Assembly (NCBI RefSeq): GCF_009914755.1
Contig: NC_060927.1
DNA: 64,000 nt
Reading direction: 5' to 3' (one strand)
From: the human T2T-CHM13v2.0 reference genome, Homo sapiens
The first letter of the stretch is position 1, and each line of letters begins with the position of its first letter. Shown piece after piece: positions 57,432 to 64,000 of this stretch. Below the pieces are notes generated by a model. It was not told the origin of the DNA. It did no database searches and worked only from the letters and a program-made list of their open reading frames with translations. The position numbers and the translations under genes were made by a program.

Positions 57432-59715
57432 GGTGGGGGCCACTCACCGACCCGACACTCTCACCCCCCGACCTGGCTGAGTGCGACCACCACTTGATGT
57501 CTGAGGATACCTTCCATCTCAACCTACCTCGAGTGGCGAGTCCAGACACCATCACCACGCAGAGAGGGGAGGTGGGAGGACAGTTAGACCCCTGGGTGGG
57601 CCCTGCCGTGGGCAAGGATACCCGGTGGCTTCTGGCACCTGGCGGGCTGGTGACCTTTTTAATCCAGGCCCCATCAGCATCCCACGATCGGCCTTGGTAA
57701 CCGCCGCGGTAGATCATTTTTATCCCGCCAGGGAGTGTGATGCAGGAAGACCACATGCGCTCCTGGCTTTTAAACCTGTTCCTGACTGTTCTCTTACTGC
57801 CGAAACCCTTGACTGTTATCTCGGACTTTGCAGGAGTTCCTTTCCCTCCGAACGCTGCTCCATGCACAGGAAAAGGGCATTTTGTACAATGGGGACTTCC
57901 CGGGAACGCTTGCTCTTAAGTACCAGAAGCCGGCGGAGCTCTGGCTTTCGTGTTTTTGGTTTTCTCCTTCCCAAGGCAGCTGGATTGAAAAAACAAAACA
58001 AAACAAAAAAACCCAGGGGCGTCAGTCGATATTCCCAGGGCCGCTTCTCCTGCAGTCTGTGGAGCGTCCTTGTCCCCGCCGCCGGAATGAATGAGCATTC
58101 TGCAGCCCGATGTCCCTGTCCCCTCCTCGCCGGGCCATTCTGATTGGACCTGGCCCAGTGCAATCTGTCCAGACAAGCCCTGCTTGCTGGAAAACTGCCA
58201 CAAGCACAATTGATCTCTTTTTATCGCCATTCCAGGGGCCTCAGGTCCTACTGGGGAAACTTCCTATACCGGAGCTCCAGTTTCTCTTAAGCTGCCCAAT
58301 TTCACAGAGTACAAAATAGTTGTAGGGGAAATCAAGGTGAAGGATCTGTCCGACAGTCAAGACGGATCCACAGTAATCTTTCGGTCTCCTTAAACTACCA
58401 CCCTCGCTGCCACCCACCCCAAGCTGCTGCCGCCTCACCTTCCTTGAAATTTCTCAGCGGGAGTCTCCTCACTGCCACTAAAATCCACCCAGCCCACTAA
58501 CTGAGGAGCTAGTGTTAATCCAGAGAACCCCCCGCAATGTGCTTCCGAGATTCAGACTGCTTCATTGGGAAGTATGATTTGTTCCTTTCTGGAATTGGGC
58601 TCCGTGGTGGCGGCGGCACTTCAAGCAAAGACAGTTTCTTGCAAGCTCCAGTAGCTCCGCGTGTCTCATTTGCCAGGAAGATGGGTTCCCACGTAGCAAA
58701 TCGTACATTGTGCCCTGTAGCTCCTTAGCTAGTTAGCTCACAAGCCGTGTTTTATGACTAATCCTTAATAACTATGGTAAATAACTGTGACTGTGGGGTT
58801 TTTAATCTCTTGTCATTCTCATCCAAAAGTGACCAGCATACCAGTTCTTGCAATAAGATATTACCCTCAGAATATTAAGCACATTATTGTAGAGAAAAAA
58901 AAATATGTGTACACATATGAACGCACAACATGCACATTCATCCTCACATGTGGCACGTAAGGTCTCATTTGATATTGTGTAGGAAATCTGAAGCCTTTTC
59001 CTGAGGTCATCTGTAAAATAGTCTCATTGCCAAGGCATCCCCAGTGCCAGCTGGTGAATCCATGATCAAAATGCATACGTATTGTTAAATGATAAGGTTT
59101 AGAATGACAGGAACCCATCACTGTGTCTCATGGTCCCACTTCCCCATCTGTGTGTGAATTCCTTTAGACTAAGGGCAGGAAGACTTCCAGCTTTCTCTTT
59201 GTTCTTCAATGTGAAACTGAGACCAAGTCTCTCTAAGACAAATGCAGTGTATTTAATGTTTGTAAGCAATTCTAAGTGAGATGTTTGGCAAGAAATCCCC
59301 TAACTGATTTCCATCCAAACCTACCTTATAGAGCACAATATTAAGTGTTGTACAATTACTGTGAGAACTGTGAATATGTGTAACTTTTTTTTAGTATTTG
59401 CCCGGGGGGAAAAAGATATTGTATTATCATATATGCTTTTTTGCAATAAGGATTTATTCTCAGAACACCAAGTAAATCTATCTCTATATAAAAAATATAT
59501 GTAATATATACATATTCAAAGTATATACAGAGCCTGTTTTAAAAAATACAGTATTATTTAGTAAAATTATCTGTTCTATGGACCAAATGTAAAATATTTA
59601 TAAATGAAGATGCATTTTAAATGTCTATAAATGGTGTCATAACTAGAGCACGGGCGTTATGTAAGTTTCTAAGAATTTAGAGGATAAATAATAAAGGTTC
59701 TATGATATACAACAT
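57432..59715 (+). other. SLC6A1: SLC6A1 3' UTR (~2.3 kb)
   Basis: No recognisable interspersed repeat; increasingly AU-rich from the stop codon to the poly(A) signal. Confidence 0.85.
59690..59695 (+). terminator. SLC6A1: Polyadenylation signal AATAAA
   Basis: AATAAA after an AU-rich region with upstream TGTA motifs; CA dinucleotides 15-20 nt downstream, then T/G-rich sequence. Confidence 0.85.
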
Positions 59716-60497
59716 CAGACCTTCAATTCTTTGGGGTGGGGGCACAATATCCTCTTTCATCACAACAACAACACATACACACAGAACTATTTTTCCCCAG
59801 CAGACAGAGATTGGGGCTCAAAACCCAACAAAACGGAGCTGGACTTCCCCAGAGTCTTAAAGTCATAGAAAATGATTGTGTGCTGCACGAGGGAGGTGCT
59901 TTCACTGTGCATGGGGTCAACTAAATAAAGATCTAAAACCACAGGAGACCAGGAGCACATTTAGTGAACAACAGCACTCGTTCATTCACTCACTGATTCT
60001 TTCCTCAACATTTTTATCTTTTTAAATCGTATTTAGAAAAATGCGAATTCTACAGAGAAGTTGTAAGAATAGTTCCGTGGACACATCTGCACTTCACCCA
60101 GATTTGCCAGTTGTTAACACGTCGCCACTTTTATCTTCACTAACTCTCTGTCAGTCAAGGTTCAGCCTGGCAAGTGGAGCCACTGGATATGATGGAATCA
60201 GGGCTTTATTACAGGAACGGACCTTAGACCACTGCAGGGCAGTTGGAAAGTAAGAGTCTGCGGTTTCTCTACCTGGTCTGCTCTTCCCCGGCTGTCCTCA
60301 CCACTGGTTCCTTCCTTTCATTCAGGTCTCTGCTCCATTGTCACCTCCTTACAGAGGCTTTTCCTGACCACCTTGGCTAAAATAACATGCTCCTTCATCT
60401 CTCTCTGCTCCCTCACTCTGTTTTATTTTTCTTATTCTCAGCATTCACAAGCTTACTAATTTAATCTCTATCTCTCCCCACTATAAAGGAAGCTCTG

Positions 60498-60804
60498 GGG
60501 GCGGGCACAGTGGCTCACGCCTGTAATCCCAACACTTTGGGAGGCCGAGGTGGGTAGATCACTTGAGGTCAGGAGTTCGAGACCAGCCTGGCCAACATGG
60601 CGAAACCCCATCTCTACAAAATATACAAAAATTAGCTGGGCGTGGTGGTGGGTGACTGTAATCCCAGCTACTCGGGGGCTGAGGTAGGAGAATCGAGTAA
60701 ACCCAGAAGGTGGAGGTTGCAGTGAGCCGAGATCGTGCCACTGCACTCCAGCCTGGGCGACAGAGAGAGACTCTGTCTCAAAAAAATAAATAAATAAAAT
60801 AAAA
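60498..60804 (+). mobile_element. AluSx, TSD ATAAAGGAAGCTCTGGG
   Basis: Full Alu; TSD at 60483-60499 and 60805-60821. Confidence 0.93.
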
Positions 60805-62099
60805 ATAAAGGAAGCTCTGGGAATATGGGGACTTTTGCTAATTCACTGCTCTGTCCTAGATGCCCAGAACAGTGCCCGTGCCCGACACACAGTAGAAGCT
60901 CAACAAATACATGAATGAGTGAGTGAAGGAAAGAATGAATGAATAGATGGACGGACGGATGGCAGGATGGATGGATGGGCAAGGAATGGCAATGGAACAG
61001 CCATCGCAGGCACTGGCTTTGGGGTCAGACAGCTCTCCGTGTGAGTTCCGGCTCTGCCGCTCACTCTCTCAGCAACTCTGAACACGTTGCTTAAATCTCT
61101 TTGTGCCCCAGTTTCCTCACAAAATTGTTGTTACAGTGAAATGAGTTAAAACAAGGAAAGCACATAGCACGGTGCCTAGCCCAAACTGAGCACTTAAAAA
61201 AAATAGTGGTTTTATTACAGCAATGGTTCCTGAAATGTTCCCTTAGAAGAACCTCTTTAATCGGGGTCCATCCCCCACCCAGAGCCCCATGTTTTGAAGG
61301 ATTTTGTCTACCAAACTGTCGCTTAATAATTAAGCTGTTTCCCCTCTTTTTATTAATCAGATGTGGCTGCTAATTAGAGCTCCCGATTAGCATGAGGTAA
61401 CCAGGGTGACAGCACTAATCTGATATCATTCCAGGCAGAAGCAAAGAAATGTAGCATTTGGGGTCCTCAGCTTACCCAGATGGTTTGTAATTATGTGATT
61501 ACCTCTGGGCTTTATAATATGGAAAAATAAAGTTCTGGATGTCCCATTGACTTTTCCAGGGACCCTCACAGGTTCAGGACCTCAGGTGGGGTCTATGTCT
61601 CACAAAATGTTTGGCTGCAGACTTTGTATTTCTCTTTCTTTAAAACCAAAGGTTGCTTTGAGGAGTAAACATTTTCCAGGCTAGGTGACCACGAGCTTTG
61701 ATCCAGCTAATACATATCATGCAAATGGCTCCCAGTTTTGAAGCTCAGGTTTTGTGCACACCTCTATTTCTTTCTAATAAACTCCCAGCAGTGAAATTGC
61801 TGAGTCAAGCGGTCTGTGCATTTTTAAGGCTGTTCATGCCTCGTGCCAAACTGTCCGCAGGGAAAGTGGCGACCATTTTTATTCCCCCCAGAAGTATATG
61901 GTAGTGACAATCTCCCCACACTTTTTCCAAAATTAGATCTTATTATTTTTTAGAATCTTTTTCAATTTCACAGATGAAGTTATCTTAATAGTTGAGCTTA
62001 TATTTCTTTGAATTTTACTGATGCAGGACTTTTTTTCATGTCCTTTCTGGCCTGTTGTATTTATTTTGTGAATTTATAGCTCATGAGCATCTTGCTGTT

Positions 62100-62390
62100 C
62101 TTTAGAGATGGGCTCTCGCTCTGTCGCCCAGGCCGGAGTGCAGTGATACAATCACTACTCACTACAGCCTCGAACTCCTGGGCTCAAGCCATCGTCCTGT
62201 CTTGGCCTTCCCAGTAGCTGGGACTACAGGCATGAGACACCACGTTCAGCTAATTTTTTAATTTTTCTTTTGTAGAGACAGAGTCTCGCTGTGTTAACCA
62301 GGCTGGTTTCAAACTCCTGGCCTCAAGCAATCCTCCTGCCTTCACCTCCCAAAGTGCTGGGATTATAAGCATGGGCAACTGTGTCCAGCC
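62100..62390 (-). mobile_element. AluJ
   Basis: Antisense diverged Alu. Confidence 0.9.
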
Positions 62391-62489
62391 AGCATCCTGT
62401 TTTTGTATTTGTCTTATTTGTTTGGAAGAGTTATTTTTAATATATTGAGGATATTAACACTATCTTATGTATGTTGAAAATAAATCACA

Positions 62490-62645
62490 GGATGTATATG
62501 GATAGGTATATGTGTATGTGTATGTACATGTATATGTATATGCGTATGTACATGTGTATGTATATCTATATGTATAGATATATGCATATGCACATGTATG
62601 TGTGTAGATAGATATAGATAGATGATAGATAGATGATAGATAATC

Positions 62646-62690
<45 letters not shown>
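62490..62690. repeat. Compound microsatellite (TATG/TA)n plus (TAGA)n
   Basis: About 11 perfect TAGA units at 62646-62690, preceded by degenerate TATG/TAGA. Confidence 0.95.
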
Positions 62691-62693
<3 letters not shown>

Positions 62694-63423
62694 CTCTTCT
62701 CCCAAGGAAGTCTTTCTGTTTTCTAGTTCCTGGCTTCTTACTTCCAAACCTTTTACAGTTTGAGCCAAAGGCTAGGAAAACATTTTCAGCCATCCCCTTT
62801 TCCAACCCTGTGCTAGTGTAGCCCCTCTCTTGGGTGGAAATGTGAGAGCAATTGCATCTTCCACTCAGGGCTGAGGATTCATGGCTTAGTAAGTGTCAAG
62901 TGTTTAGAACAGGGCCTGGTACATAGGAAACTCTCATATTGAGCCATTCTGTGACTTTCTGTGACCGCACAATAGCACCAGCTGCTTACTCTTCTCTCTG
63001 TCCTCACAAACCAGCCCTTTTATGATCCTCGTGGAATCTTCCCTGGCACACCCTTCAGGCTCACTGAGCCACGGTCAGGGCTGCTCAGAGAAGGCAGGTG
63101 TTGAAGTAGTGGCAGTTCATGACAACAGTGATAATGATAACAACTATTCATTCAGGCCCTACTAAGTTTGAGGCTCTGTACCAACCACCCCACAAGATTT
63201 TTCTCACTTCTCCCTTGGGACCACCCCATGGGGTATGGCTGACCCTTCATGTCAGTGCTCCAGCCATAACACTGAAGTCCCTTTTCCATCTTCATTTTTG
63301 TGCACACTGGCTCCCGCCGTGCCTGCACTCTGACATCCAGCACTTCTGTCTGTGTCAGATACAAGCATTATTTTTATAATAGGAAATACATAATAAACTA
63401 TATTTTTAAATACACAAAGTCAT

Positions 63424-63742
63424 GGCTAGGCACATTGGCACATGCCTGTAATCGCAGCACTTTGGGAGGCCAAAGCAGGAGGGTTGTTAAGACCAGGAGT
63501 TCAAGCAAGACCCACCTAAGCAACATAGCAAGGACCCATCTGCACAGAAAAAATTTAAAAAGTTAGCCAGGCATGATGGTACATGCCTGTAGTACTAGCT
63601 ATTCAGGAAGCTGAGGCAGGAGGATGGCTTGAACCCAGGAGTTCAAGGTTGCAGTGACCTGTGATTGCACCATTGCGTGCCAGCCTGGGCAACAGAAGGA
63701 GACCCTATCTCTAAAAAAAAACAAAACAAAACAAAACAAAAA
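63424..63742 (+). mobile_element. AluJ with (AAAAC)n tail
   Basis: Diverged sense Alu. Confidence 0.9.
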
Positions 63743-64000
63743 GGTATACAAAGTCACGTGGGCTTGTCAATGTGGAGAAGGACAATTTACTGACAAGGCA
63801 TCTCATTATAATGCACATAAAATTAAGGACTTTGTATATTTTGCTTTTGGAGGAAAATCTTCTTTCACCAAAAAATGCTAATGGGACATGGGTGAGGAGA
63901 CCAACCATGACAGACAACTCTAATAATATCCTAACATGAGCGAAGGAGAAATCAAGGGTTCCAGTGATGTGTTTACTGATGTTTCACCTGATACTGTCAA

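Overview
Human (or very close primate) genomic DNA containing the whole SLC6A1 gene (GAT-1, sodium/chloride-dependent GABA transporter 1; chr3p25.3 from recall) on the + strand. A CpG-island/polypurine promoter and non-coding exon 1 lie at about 12.6-14.2 kb. A ~22.7-kb intron 1 leads to non-coding exon 2 (36147-36208). Fourteen coding exons run from ATG 37680 to TAG 57429-57431, sum to exactly 1800 nt (599 aa plus stop) and all have GT-AG junctions. A ~2.3-kb 3' UTR ends near the AATAAA at 59690. The rest is intergenic or intronic DNA rich in Alu, L1, L2, MIR, LTR and DNA-transposon relics. Most other ORFs in the six-frame track are spurious. I found no new protein-coding system. The most interesting unexplained signals are regulatory or structural and are hypotheses: a recursive-splice-like site with a uORF-bearing RS-exon in intron 1, an ancient 79-bp templated insertion bracketing exon 6, an antisense MER11 solo LTR in intron 10, a G-quadruplex next to the weak exon-12 acceptor, inverted Alus around exon 13, a possible CUG-initiated N-terminal extension, clustered miRNA/QKI sites, and a homeodomain/E-box cluster 3' of the gene.
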